Source: the human T2T-CHM13v2.0 reference genome, Homo sapiens
DNA length: 64,000 nucleotides
Reading direction: 5' to 3' (one strand)
Assembly: GCF_009914755.1 (NCBI RefSeq)
Contig: NC_060947.1
A program made the position numbers and the translations under genes. How positions within the stretch are numbered: position 1 is the stretch's first letter; each line of letters begins with the position of its first letter. Positions 15,884-32,648 of the stretch are shown here, piece after piece. Under the pieces are notes generated by a model. The model had not been told where the DNA came from and made no database searches. It was given only the letters and a program-made list of their open reading frames with translations.

Positions 15884-16140
15884 AGATAAGCGGATCACTT
15901 GAGGTCAGGAGTTCGAGACCAGCCTGGCCAACATGGTGAAACCCTGTCTCTACCGAAAATACAAAAATTAGCCGTGTGTGGTGGCACGTGCCTGTAATTC
16001 AGGCTATTCGGGAAGCTGAGGCAAGAGAATCTCTTGAGCCTGTGAGGTGGAGGCTGCCGTGAGCCAAGATCGCACCACTGCACCCCAGCATGGGCAACAG
16101 TGAGACCCTGTTTCAAAAAAAACAGAAACAAACAAAAACT
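15884..16140 (+). mobile_element. 5'-truncated Alu
   Basis: Alu consensus. Confidence 0.9.
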
Positions 16141-17919
16141 TAAGCATTTAAACCACATTTCTGATAAGTATTGAGATAGAATATTGAAGTTACAGTATAA
16201 TAAGCTTCATTCTATCTAAGAGGCAGCCTTAGAGATCACCATCCATAAAAATGAAACAAAGGGCAGGCAAAGCTTTTACACTAAAGAGGTCTTGTTCATA
16301 TTACTTGTATTATGGGAACCAAACAACAGTCGCATGAGTTTCCTAATCTTTACAAACATACTTACAAAAAACAAGGCTATAATAAATCCCAGTTTACAAA
16401 CCCTGTCCCAAATATTTAAAAATATTTTCCTGGACTGAAACAAATCATCAGAGACCTGCATGCCTGGACCGCATGTTCCGGTGTCATTGTAGAAATAACC
16501 TTACTAGAATGAACTAAGGTGTTGGCCATCGGGTAATACTCAAGACCATTTAAAAGACACATTCCTTTGTTTTATCCACTGAAAAGACATGACTGCTTTG
16601 TGAATGCAAAGAAGTTTCTTTCAGGCCTCGGTGCCAGGAAACATTCTTCTCTGCTGCAACTAGCTTTATATTTGATGGACACTAGTTCCTATAACTAACC
16701 ACATTACCTTCTCTTTGTGGCCTGCCAGTTTCTCCATGGCCCACTTGTACATGACATTTTGGGGCAATAGCTTCATTTAGGTTACTAATTTCACCCAGAA
16801 ACAAATTTTCTCATTTAAAGATACTGTACTATGTTTTTTTTTTTTTCATAAATCCTTTTTGGATCATAGTAGGGTAGAAATAAATCAATTACATAATTGT
16901 CCTAAAAAAAAAAAAAAGGCTACTAGGATGTCTGCCCATACTTGGCTAAAGTACCTCCTTAAAAGAGGAAATGGCCCGCATGGACCAGTTACTTTCCAAC
17001 AAATTGCAAATCACTTGTAGATTATTTGCCAAGGCAAGAAAGGCTGCTGCTCTAACTTTAGCCCCTACCATTTAATCCAAGGTAGATAGACAACTGCCTT
17101 CCACCTTCTCACCATCCCCAAAAAGATTCAGAGTTAGTTATAAAGGTCTCAAACACCTTTGGAACAAGACCCATTAAAACAAACTTACCACCTTAGGCTT
17201 ATTTTCTTGAGAATCTGGCAAAAGCTATAGACTCAGAAAAGTGTACATAACACAAACTTGTACCCAATTTCTGGGATTCTGGAAGGCCCATAAATACCCC
17301 CCAAGCTCATTCATGAGCCTTTAGTCAAGAACTCCTTTCTAGAAAATGGCAAGCCTAGATGCCACCCACTAGAACAACAGAGAGAGAGAGAGAGAGATCC
17401 TGCATATTATGTTTATGTAAAAGGTTCAAAGATGGGTTGGGAATCACAGACAGATTATTCGGTAATAAAATATTCATACTGTAATAACTGCCTCAAAATG
17501 CCCTGCTTCGCTCATCTTCACTCCATAGTCACTGTGTAATCAGCAGTAAATTCGGCCTCACCCCAGTCTCCTTATCCAGGTTTATTCTTCCTCAGAGGAC
17601 CTCCCTCCAAATAACATTATTTGTTTGTTGTCTGCCTCCACTGACTAGAATGGAAGTTCCATGAGGGCAGGGGTTTGTTTTGCTCATGGCTGTACCTCTG
17701 ATACATAAGAGGCACTCAAATATTTCAATAGGTTTTTGGGGAACTAGTGGTGTTTGGTTACATGAATAAGTTCTTTAGTGGTGATTTCTGAGATTTTGGT
17801 GCACCCATCACCCAGGCAGTGTGCACTGTACCCAATGTGTGGTCTTTTATCCCTCACCCCTCTCCCACCCTCAAATATTTTTTAATGAATACCCTATAGG
17901 ACTCTCTACTCTTTATAGA

Positions 17920-18140
17920 AGGGGTTGACAAACTACAGCCTGCAGGCCAAATCTAGGCTTCCACCTGTTTTTGTAAATAAACTTTTACTGAACTCAGCCA
18001 TGCTTATTCACTTACATATTATTTATAACTGCATCAACACTACAATGGCAGAGCTTAGTAGTTGCAATGGGAACTACATGGCCTGCAAGGCCACAAATAT
18101 TTACTATCTGGCCCTTTACAAAAAGTTTGCTGGCCCCCCA
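17920..18140 (+). mobile_element. MER58A-like hAT DNA transposon
   Basis: ggggttgacaaact...aagtttgctggcccc termini and internal tttttgtaaataaa. Confidence 0.75.
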
Positions 18141-19041
18141 TAGCATTCATTTGGTTCTTCTTTTCCAAACTAGATTGGAAGCACTCTCGAGACAGGTCTT
18201 ATACTTCTTTGGACCTAGAACAGAGTAGATGCCCTAAAATAGCTAGCACTTTACAAACACAGATTTCCTACTTCCAACATACATTATTTTTACACAGTTA
18301 ATCCAAAGATAGTATTTTCCATCATCAATGCATTTCTAGTAAGGCCAGAACTAATTACCTGTGTTTGATGATTTGGGGCAACACAGAGAAGGCATATTGA
18401 TGCTATCTAATTAGTAAACTTTCTAGTTCAAAACCACAATCATGTAACCTTTAAAATATGAATGCATATTTAACAACTGGAAAGTTCTTCCTGATATCTT
18501 TCAGGCAAATAATTTTGAGGTAAGCCATAGTTATTTTCTCAAAGTCAAAAATCACTCTAACAAAACATCTATTTTTATGTCAGGCACATTATAAGCACTC
18601 AACAGTCACTGAATATATCACCCTCCCATAAATATTCTGCTCATCGATTTTTGCAAATTACAATTACCTGAAAAGAGACATCAAGATTTATACCCTTTTG
18701 CCAATTCATTTAAAATATGCTCAGTAATTCTCAATTCTTTAAAAAGTTATATCCTTTTTGTCATTCTCTGAAAATTTTAATTTGCATAGGTATCGTTTCC
18801 AAGGAACTGAAGACTAAATGGAAAAATCCAGGCATGCTACCAAGTCCACTGTTTACTCCAACTACAGAGGTAATCAAACAGGATATTTTCCTATTATTGG
18901 ATGATATGTCACTGGAAAATAATGTAGCCCATGGAATAAGAACTGAGAAGGGCTAGGAACCTTAATGAATTATCTTTGCTAAGTTATTCTGAATAAGCAA
19001 CAATATACACAATAATATACAACCATTTGAGAAAACTATTG

Positions 19042-19047
19042 TTTATT
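19042..19047 (-). terminator. Distal poly(A) signal AATAAA
   Basis: TTTATT on +, followed on - by GTATATTATTGTGTATATTGTTG. Confidence 0.7.
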
Positions 19048-19426
19048 TAGAAAAAAGGTTACACTGGTAGAATTCGGCAGATAAAAAAATTCTCTTTTAA
19101 AAATGTCACTGTGAAACTTTTCCAGATGAAAGTTCAGCAATACAAAGCTCCTACAGCTGTAGAATTAAAACAATTATGTTTTGATCCCCCCGCCGCCAAG
19201 ATTTGTCTAACATAATTACAAGAAAAAATGGCAAGGGACAAGTGATCGCTGGTACCTTTTTCTTTTTTAAACACGTTTAATGTTGTACATGTACTATATA
19301 AAATGATTCCTAAGCATTTCATAAGACAATGCTCCCACTGCTTTTAGTGACTAATATTAAGAACAAGCCAAATAATAAATTAAAACAGTTTTAAAATGAG
19401 GTAAAATCAAAAGGGTTCAACAATTG

Positions 19427-19432
19427 TTTATT
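19427..19432 (-). terminator. Candidate proximal poly(A) signal AATAAA
   Basis: TTTATT on +, U-rich downstream sequence on -. Confidence 0.5.
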
Positions 19433-19824
19433 TTCAGTTTCAAACAATAAAAAGGAAGCATTTCAGAATGGAAATAAAAACTGAACCCAGGCAATATTTA
19501 GTTAATCTAAAGTAAAACTCTGTACACAGGTAACCTTATGCAGCACATTGTGCTAAAAGTATGGAACAGTTAACACTTTCAGCCATTACTGAAAATAAAC
19601 ATGTAGAAACTAAGCAACAAGTTAAAATACAGTAATGCACAACTTAACAATTTTAAGTTTTCCACATGGAGCAATAAAGCAGGTAACTGAATAATTTAAG
19701 GAGATGCAAATGGCCCTCTTCATTCTTAATTCTCGGCAATTTACTCAGGAAAATAAATTTCTGGTCGCAGCCGAACAGTTCCAGTCCGATCTCACCTGAA
19801 AGAAACAAAGTGATTATATTGATA

Positions 19825-20035
19825 GAGAAGAAGGAAGGAAGGAAGGAAAGGAGGGAGTAGGGGAGGGAGGCTTAGTCAAAGGAGGTAGGAGAAAAGGAAG
19901 GGAGAAGGAGAGAAGGAGAATGAAAGGAGGAGGGAGGGAAGAAGGGAGGGAGGGAGGGAGGGGAGAAGAAAGGAAGAAGAAGAGAAGGAAGGAGAGGAAA
20001 AGGTAAGGAGGGAGGAAGATTTAAGAAAGAACAAG
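19825..20035. repeat. GA-rich polypurine low-complexity tract
   Basis: (GGAA)n and (GGGA)n runs. Confidence 0.9.
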
Positions 20036-20779
20036 AAGTTAATGAGTTCCATCGGTAACAAAGACTTGAGTCCCCAGAAAAGGATGAAATATTTGTGTGT
20101 TTCTTTTTGTCCATTCTTAGAATCCATTAAAGATAAACACACTAATGATGACTTAAAAAAAAAATTGAACATTGTGTGCGTGTGGGAGAGAGGGGTGGGG
20201 GTAGGGAGAAAAAAATGGAGCAACAAGTAAAACATTCCACAACGGCAAGCAATAGCTTATTAAATAGAAAATGTAGCAAAGAAAAGTAACCTATTTTACA
20301 TGATCAACAAAAAAAGGAAAATGACATCACATTTTTCACAAGGACACAATTTTAATAGTAACTTATATTAAGATGCAGTGTCTGCTAAATTATAAAAATT
20401 GCTTTAAAAATATATTGACTTAATTATACTCATTTCCTTTCCTTTATGTATTGACATTTTTCAAATACTTCATATTGAAATAATTTCAAAACATGATTAT
20501 TACAACATGTGGCAAATATCTTCACATCTGCCTTCATTCAAATTTTAAGCTAATGCTTAATGCATTAAACTTTATTGATGAAAATACTACATTCACATAT
20601 TTCTTAAAACCAGGGCTAGAAGGGTCCTTAGAAAATAATCACTTACATGAAATGCTGACAAATAATTTACATACCATTTCGACACAGCATTCTGTTCACA
20701 CCATGTATAATCTTGATATTATCAATAACTGTGGATACATTTAATGTTGAACTTACAATTTAATACTTAAAAGCCATTG

Positions 20780-21525
<746 letters not shown>

Positions 21526-21594
21526 TTAAATTGCAAAAAAAAAAAAAGTCAATGTTCCAATTAAGAGCATCATGGTATCACAGTATGGCCATTA

Positions 21595-22393
<799 letters not shown>

Positions 22394-24614
22394 TGATGAA
22401 GCAGTGCCAAACTCAGCCTTCAGGACTCTATTTTCAGCAAAGCAGTATTTTTCTTCTTATTAACATTTATACCACATTACCTGCAACATTCTCCTAAGTG
22501 TTTTATTAACTATTTTTTAATATGTACTGCTTTAACCATTGTAAATAAGAAAGTGTAAGTTCTGAATGTAAGGGATCACACAGATCTATCTTTTTCACAT
22601 CTAGGACTGTTGCTGCTTCTCAAAAATTTTCTACTCCAGGCTCAGTTCATAGTCTGCTGTTCTCCATCACAGACACCTATTGGTGCTATAAGCTGTATTG
22701 GTAATATCACATACCACATTTGTAGGACACATCTCAACAGAAGATGGCCTTCCTACTCTGCTGAGACAAGATTATATGTGTGAACGCCATTTTATATTGG
22801 TAATTATCTGGACCTCCTGAGTTGTTTGTTTTTTTTTTTTCTTTTTGGCCAGAGATAGGTCCTGTTTTGTTAGTAAGACTGCCATTTCCCTATGTTTCAC
22901 AATGCCGTCCTATGCACAAACATCCTCAAAGAGTTGAGGCAGCTGATTTTAACTGATGTTACAGAGAGCTGTGATAGCAAGAATCAAGTTTGAAAAGTAA
23001 GGTGGTCTGGAGAAAGGAACAGCTAGGGTGGTGATCAAAGTAGAGAAGAAAAGGCAAACATAAAACCAGCCTTCTTAACAGAGGTATGCCTTTATAAAAC
23101 ACATACACGCTTTTTAATTTTATGATCAAATTCACCAAAAAGGTCCTAAGAAATGTTTTAGTAGTTTATATAGATTCTTCATAAAAGAGCCCTCTGGATG
23201 GCAACCAAACAATTTTTAAGAGAAACTATAAAATCAAGCCCACCAAAATAATATATTATTTTTGGTTAAGTGTCTTCACTTCACAGGAAGCATCCCAGAA
23301 CTGCATTCCATGCATTTTTACTAGTGTCTGAAACTGTCAGGATTTTATTCTCATTCTCTCGTTCTTTTCACATAAACCCCAGGTAGAAAGGCATATAAAG
23401 ATGAACTTGACATTTAAAAAGTCAAACAAATATTTATAAGGAAGAAAGAAGTTATGAGAAAGACATGGGGACAGCCATCCTAAATCCACTTTACTCCTTC
23501 ATTTACCCTTATACTGCAACCTAGGAATTCTTTATAGCAAACAGAGTTCCTGAGATGTTCCACGTGGATAAAATGTAACAGAGTTAAGACGTGGATTCTG
23601 TTGAGCTGAAACTTAACTGCACCCAGGGATGCTTTTCAGGATAATTATGTGTGTAGGGGAAAGACACACTCAGGGCAAATGTTGCATGGAAGCCTTTTAT
23701 AAGTGCTCATGCCCATGTCAAAATTTTAAAAAACAGCATATAAATGAATATTTGCTCTACCGTAAGTGGAAGAGCAAGGAAATAGAAAATTTCTCCTGCC
23801 CTCTTCAACTTTTCATGCCTATGAATATCAGTGCACAAAACCTATACTCAGTATTTTTTTTAAGTATAAAAGTTGATAATGAAGACAGAAATGATTTGTG
23901 TCTGTCATTTCAAGCTCCTTACAAGAGTCTAGTATACATTTAATGGTTACTACATACAGACCAAAATGAGAGCATATTAAATCTGCCCTCAAAAAATATG
24001 CTGCAGCAAATAAGCAAGCTCTTTTAATCAGTATAGGTTCCCTTCCTATAAAATGGTGTGTTTGGTGGCAAAAAAAGTCAATGTTGCACTTATACAGAGA
24101 TATTAAATGTTTCTCTGGCATCAATGTGAACATTGATGAGTTCCCTATCCCATACCCTTTACCAATACCTATCGTCAACATCTAGGAATAAGCCTCAGAA
24201 TGGCAATGCATTCCTAAAACAAGAAATCTTCAGGAGCTTAGGAGGTCAGTTTCCAAGTATGAACTGAAGGGAAAACAAACAAACAAAAAAAGGCTTAGAG
24301 CTGGAATTACAAAATCAATTGTCTACAAAGGCCAAGAACGTGATGAAAACAAAAGAAACGAGCTGAGTGGGGACTGACGGAGGTGAACTGTTTTTAAAAA
24401 GGCCCTTGCTCTATTCTAAAGGGGGGCAGCACCTAGACAAGTCTAGCTGAAATCAGGACATAATGATGCTATGCAGAAATCAGAACACAATGTTACCAGA
24501 TGTTCCAATCCTTCAAGAAAAACTGAAATTTGGATTTTGTCAATTCTGATTTTTAAAAACAAACAGATTTTTAAAATTTTGAAATATTGTGTGAGGTTAA
24601 GAAGGTGCATTTTG

Positions 24615-25164
<550 letters not shown>

Positions 25165-25747
25165 TTACACATGTGAGACTGGAAGGAATGGACCTGCAAA
25201 TATATTTGGCCTTCTTGGAATGGAGGATTAGAATAGGAATGTAGTAGATTAAAAATACAGATTATGAATAAGTAGTGCTAACTGCTAATGTTCTTTAAAA
25301 TCAAAGTCCTACATCCAAAATAATAAAAAGCAAGGAGACTGAGTATCTCAAGGCCTGGGAGCAAATGTCAGCTTAGCACAGCATTTGGTTCACAAAAGGA
25401 CTTTCAAAAGTTTGCTGAACTCAACATCCCTGAGTTGAGGATCACATATATCAAGTTAAAATTGAGAAGCCAAAGGGTGGTGGTTCTCAGAGGACAATTT
25501 TATAAGCAGGAATTAAAAAAAAAAAAGTTAAAGTAGGAAGGAAGGTTAAAGGCAAAGGAACTAGTAATCTTCAAGAGACTAAATCAAGGAGAGGCAAGAT
25601 GAATTTGTACAAAGACTTTAAGGGCAACAGAAGATGCAGAGAAGGAACAGAGTTTTGCAACCAAAAACAGAAGACGAGAAAAGATGACAGAAGACTGGAA
25701 GGAATTTAATTATGGTCATATTTATATACTGTTATCTTCTTAATTCT

Positions 25748-25902
25748 TAAGAGACAGAGTCTTGCTCTGTCACCCATGCTGGAGTGCAGTGGCATAATCA
25801 TGACTTACTGCAGCCTCGAACTCCTGTGCTCAGGAAATCCTCCTGCCTCAGACTCTCAAGGAGCTGGTACTACAGGTGCATACTACCATGCCTAGCTAAG
25901 TT

Positions 25903-25941
<39 letters not shown>

Positions 25942-26060
25942 TTAGAAATGGGGTCTCACTATGTTGCCCAGGCTGATCTCAAATTCGTGGCCTCAAGCAA
26001 TCCTCTTGCCTCAGCCTCCTACAGTGTTAGGATTACAGGCATGAGCCACCATGCCTGGCC
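25748..26060 (-). mobile_element. Alu (J-like) with internal (TTTA)n
   Basis: Alu consensus. Confidence 0.9.
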
Positions 26061-26423
26061 TTGTATCTTAATTCTAATGTGATTATTTTAATGTTTGTGA
26101 AAATCAGGATGATACTTACAAATCACTGTCATTTCTCTACCAACCCTCCTTAAAAAAACTGTTCTAAAAACAATAATGAAATCTTACAAGTAACGACATC
26201 TTTCAATCATGGAAATATGACATATGTAAGAGCTGTCCTTTCTATAGAATAGAAAATAAAAGGTGAGTGGGGGAGGGCAGCAGATTTCAAAGTAGCCTGT
26301 AAATAGACGGTTCCAATCAGATATGATAACATTCTTAAAGAAAAGGAAGAAAAACAGACCTGACCAACCCTGGAATGTATCCAAATAGAAAGTAGCAGTC
26401 AACAGCCAGAAAAAGAAACTATC

Positions 26424-27210
<787 letters not shown>

Positions 27211-28205
27211 GAAACTATCAACCAGAGTCTCACAAAATTAAGAGTCTACCCAAGAAGAAAGTATCGTACAAAGTTGTCAATGAGGAATTCAACAGGATGG
27301 ACATCCAGCTAGACATACTTTTAAAAGAACATCTGAATCTAGAAGTTTTGCTATAAGACCACGAGCCAAATATCTAACCCTGACCAGTTTTGTCATCCCT
27401 TTGTTCCTAAGAGATTACACAGAGGGGTAAAATACAAATTCATGGTCAGTGCAAGAAAAACTCAAATCTGTAGCATAACCTTCACATACAAAAGAATAAT
27501 ATTTGGGTACTGAGTAAACAGAGATATATAAAATCACTGTGAAAGTTGTCAGTGACAATGGCTGGCTCATTCCTCATGAAGATATGAAAGGTGGGCTTTT
27601 TGTTTTTCTTTTAATAGGGAGACCACATGTGACAGCAAAATGCCAGATTAAAAGAAAGGTTAAAATGAGGATTAAGAGTTTATGGCTCACCAGAGAAGAT
27701 AGTTGTAAGGTTGGGATGGGGGTAGGAGCAGCTAGAATTGAAGAATTAGCAGTAATATTTCCTTTTAAATCTATTAAATTCGAAATGTTCTTTTATAACT
27801 CTCATTTACCCTACTTTACCCTAATCTACTTACATAGCAAGCACCAAAAAAGCAGGAAAAGCACACCATTCATCATGTGTTGACTATAAGGCAACCTCTC
27901 GAATCCCTGCTTTGCAGCCAAAATAAAGATGACAAAATCCATACCTTTAAGCCCATACCCTTATACAGAACTGGCTCTCAGACATTTCTCACTTGTAATT
28001 TAAACACTGGTAAACAGCCTTGGTTATCTATCTGGTCTCATAAAAGATTAGAAGCATCCAATAATATTAGGGGGGAGGTATAGACAAGCAAGGATACTTA
28101 ATTAATTAATATATTAACGAAGTATAGAAAAGCAAGTATACTTAATATATTAAGAAATGATGGCTAACATGGAAGCAAGAAAACGGGCTATAAAAAAGCA
28201 GAGTC

Positions 28206-28601
<396 letters not shown>

Positions 28602-29392
28602 TCACCAAACAGTAACTATTCAGATTATCTTAAGTGCTCAAAAAAGGCGATGTTAGGGTCTGAACACTGTATCCACTATGATGGAAACACAATTTATTTA
28701 AGATGGGTAAAATACTTTTTAAATCTCACATAAAGCATTAAGTGCATTACCTAAAAAAAGAAAAAAAAAGAAAAAAAAAGTTACACATTGTAAATTCCAG
28801 AACTAAAAACACAGACCATATTTTCTGTTGCAAAACATGGGCAGTGGTAAAAAAAAAAAAAATGGCACGAAAACTTAAAAATCTTTGGATAAGACATCAG
28901 CATGAGAAAGCAAAAGGAACAGAGAACACTAAAGGATAGAAAGACTGAGGATAGTCAACTGGCTCTGTTGACTAATATCTTTATGACCCTCTTCAACTTA
29001 ACCTCTCAGAGTCTGTTTCTTCACTTATAAAATGCAGATACCACTACCACCATTTACAAGGCAATAAGGACTTTAAAAACATAATTAATTATCCAGAGAA
29101 GATGGGAATAAGTGGTGAAGAGAAAGCCAGATGTTCTTAAATATATCTTGGTGCTTAAAAAAAAAATGTGTGGCTAATCAGCAAGCTTAAAATGAAAACA
29201 GCTTAAAAATAACTCTGAATCTTGTTTTGCATCTATACCCGAAGACTTGGTCGTTATATTTAGGTGAAAAAAACAAGTAGTTGTAGCTTGTAAAATGCAT
29301 CTAGTTTTTCAACATTATCAGAACTCATTTTATGTTTCTATCATTAAGTGAAAAGGTGGTGAGAGAACACTCACCTTGATGGAAAGTCTTCA

Positions 29393-29420
29393 TTATCTGT
29401 GCTTGTCCGAGGACTTATGA
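29393..29420 (-). CDS. THOC2: THOC2 last coding segment (HHKSSDKHR*); the exon continues as UTR to 29375
   Basis: AC acceptor at 29421-29422, TAA followed by TGA, AAG|GTGAGT donor at 29375/29374. Confidence 0.93.
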
Positions 29421-29973
<553 letters not shown>

Positions 29974-30079
29974 CTATAAGAAATAGTAGAATTAGCTGGG
30001 GAAGGGAAAGCCAAATATAAAAGCCAGCTCAAAACCCCTTTTCATCACCCGCGAGCTATATTTGTCTTCAAAAACTTAC

Positions 30080-31160
30080 TTAACATGACACCAAAAGCAT
30101 AAGCAACAAAAGGAAAAAAATAGATACATTGAACTTCATCAAAAGTAAAAACATTCATGCATCAAAGAACACTATCAAGAAAGTGAAAAGACAACCTATA
30201 GAACTGGAGAAAAATTTGCAAATCACCTATCTCATAAGGATCTAGTATCCAAAGTACATAAAGAACTCTTACAACTGAGCAACAAAAACACAAACCCTCA
30301 AAATAAAAAATGGTCAAGGTATCTGAACAGATTTCTTGAAAGATAAACAAATGGCCAATAAGCACATGAAAAGATGTTCAGCATCATTAGTTATTAAGAA
30401 AATGCAAATCAAAACCACAATGAGACACCACTTCACACTTACTGGAATGGCTATAATAAAAAACAAAAACAGAAAATAACCAGTGTTGACAAAGATGTAG
30501 AGAAATCTGCACTCTGATACTTTGTTGGTAGAAATGTAAACTGTACAGCCACTGTCTAAAAGATTTTGGTGGTTCCTCAAAAAGTTAAACATAGAATTAC
30601 CATATAACCCAGAAATTCCATTCTTGGGCATATATCCAAGATAATTAAAAATAGGTGTTTGAACAAATACTTATAGCCCCACACAAATGTTCACAGCAGC
30701 ACTATTCACAATAGCCAAAACGTGGAAACAATTCAAAAGTCCATCAACTGAAAAATGGATAAACAAATGTGGTATATTCATATAATGAAATATTACTTAG
30801 CTATAAAAAGAAATGAAGTAAATGACACATGCTACAACATGGAAGAACTTCAAAAACATTATGCTAAGTGAAAGACATCAGACACAAAAGGGCACATTAT
30901 TGTACTATTTCATTTATATAAAATATTCAGAATGAGTGAATCCATAAAGAAAACAGATTTATGGTTCCCAGGGGCTGAGAAGGGGAAATGGGAGTGACTG
31001 TTTAAATGGGTATAGAGTTTTCTCTTGGAGGTGATAAAAATGTTTTGGAACTAGATAGAGATGATTACACAATACTGTGAATATACTAAATGTCACTTAA
31101 ATGTACACCTGTAAAATGATTAATTTTATGTTATTTGAATTTTACCTCAATTAAAAAACA
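30080..31160 (+). mobile_element. L1MB-like 3' portion
   Basis: ORF2 C-terminal and 3' UTR motifs. Confidence 0.85.
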
Positions 31161-31848
31161 CCTAAAAGAACAGCCTATCTTTTAAAGCATAGAATTAAAA
31201 TGTTCATTATATAATTTTCTAGAGCTGTTTTTATGAACTATGAATAAATGGCATATATTTTCAATATATATAACAATGTTTTGGAAACAATTTATACTTT
31301 AGTAATGGCTTGCTTATTACTTTATGGCAGATGCGTGAGATTCACTTTAAATATCAACCATTAATATGTAAGAGAATGTATCTTATACTCAATTTTTAAA
31401 TCAAATACAAGTATCAAACAAATGAGTTTATTAGGAGAAAACGTTACAAAAATGTTTCAAATCACAATCAAGACTTTATGATGCTATGATGGTCAGAGAG
31501 AATACATGTGACCATATTTTAATCTCAGGAATAAAGAGAAACTAAAAGCAAAGAGTTGGTGGAGAAAAAAGAAAATGCAAAGAACAGCTGAAACTCAATC
31601 AACAGAAGTAGGTGGGAATGGAATGGAGAGGGGAAAGGAATCTCAGAGGTATACTAACTCTACCCTCCTGGTAATCTGGGACTGAACTGACTCAAATTCC
31701 CCAAACGGAATGCCCTCCCTCAATACCTCTTCTTCCCACTCCTAAATAATGAACAAAAGACTATAGGACTAGGAAAAAAATTCAATATTTGCTAAATTTT
31801 CAGGATTGATTTTTTTAAGATAAAGCATATTATTCCTTTATTTTCCTA

Positions 31849-32031
<183 letters not shown>

Positions 32032-32094
32032 TCATGAAAGCCTTTTCCAATTCACTTCGATGATATCTTCAAAGATATGAATAAGTCTACCTAC

Positions 32095-32164
32095 TTGTTC
32101 CATTCTCCTCTTTACGTCTCTTGGTTAAGTCCGGTGGCACTTCACGGTCGTTGTTTGAGTGATC
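32095..32164 (-). CDS. THOC2: THOC2 coding exon (DHSNNDREVPPDLTKRRKEENGT)
   Basis: AG/GT flanks, 70 nt. Confidence 0.93.
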
Positions 32165-32351
32165 CTAGAACCAAGAATTGTGAACTACATTGACCAAGGG
32201 CTTCTGTTTTTGTTTTAAAGTATTACTTTTATATGAGAAGGGCACAGCTAACTAGCAATGGAGAGTATTTGCAGTAGTTTCACATACTTGGTAAAATGGC
32301 ATGAAAGACAAGCAGAGCTGACAGAGATTACTAGGCTGAAGATCCTTATTA

Positions 32352-32648
<297 letters not shown>

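Larger units (their letters stand above)
19020..19795 (-). other. THOC2: THOC2 terminal non-coding exon (3' UTR)
   Basis: TTTCTTTCAG acceptor at 19796-19797; repeat-free; AATAAA at 19042-19047 with a GU-rich downstream element; 3' end approximate. Confidence 0.8.
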
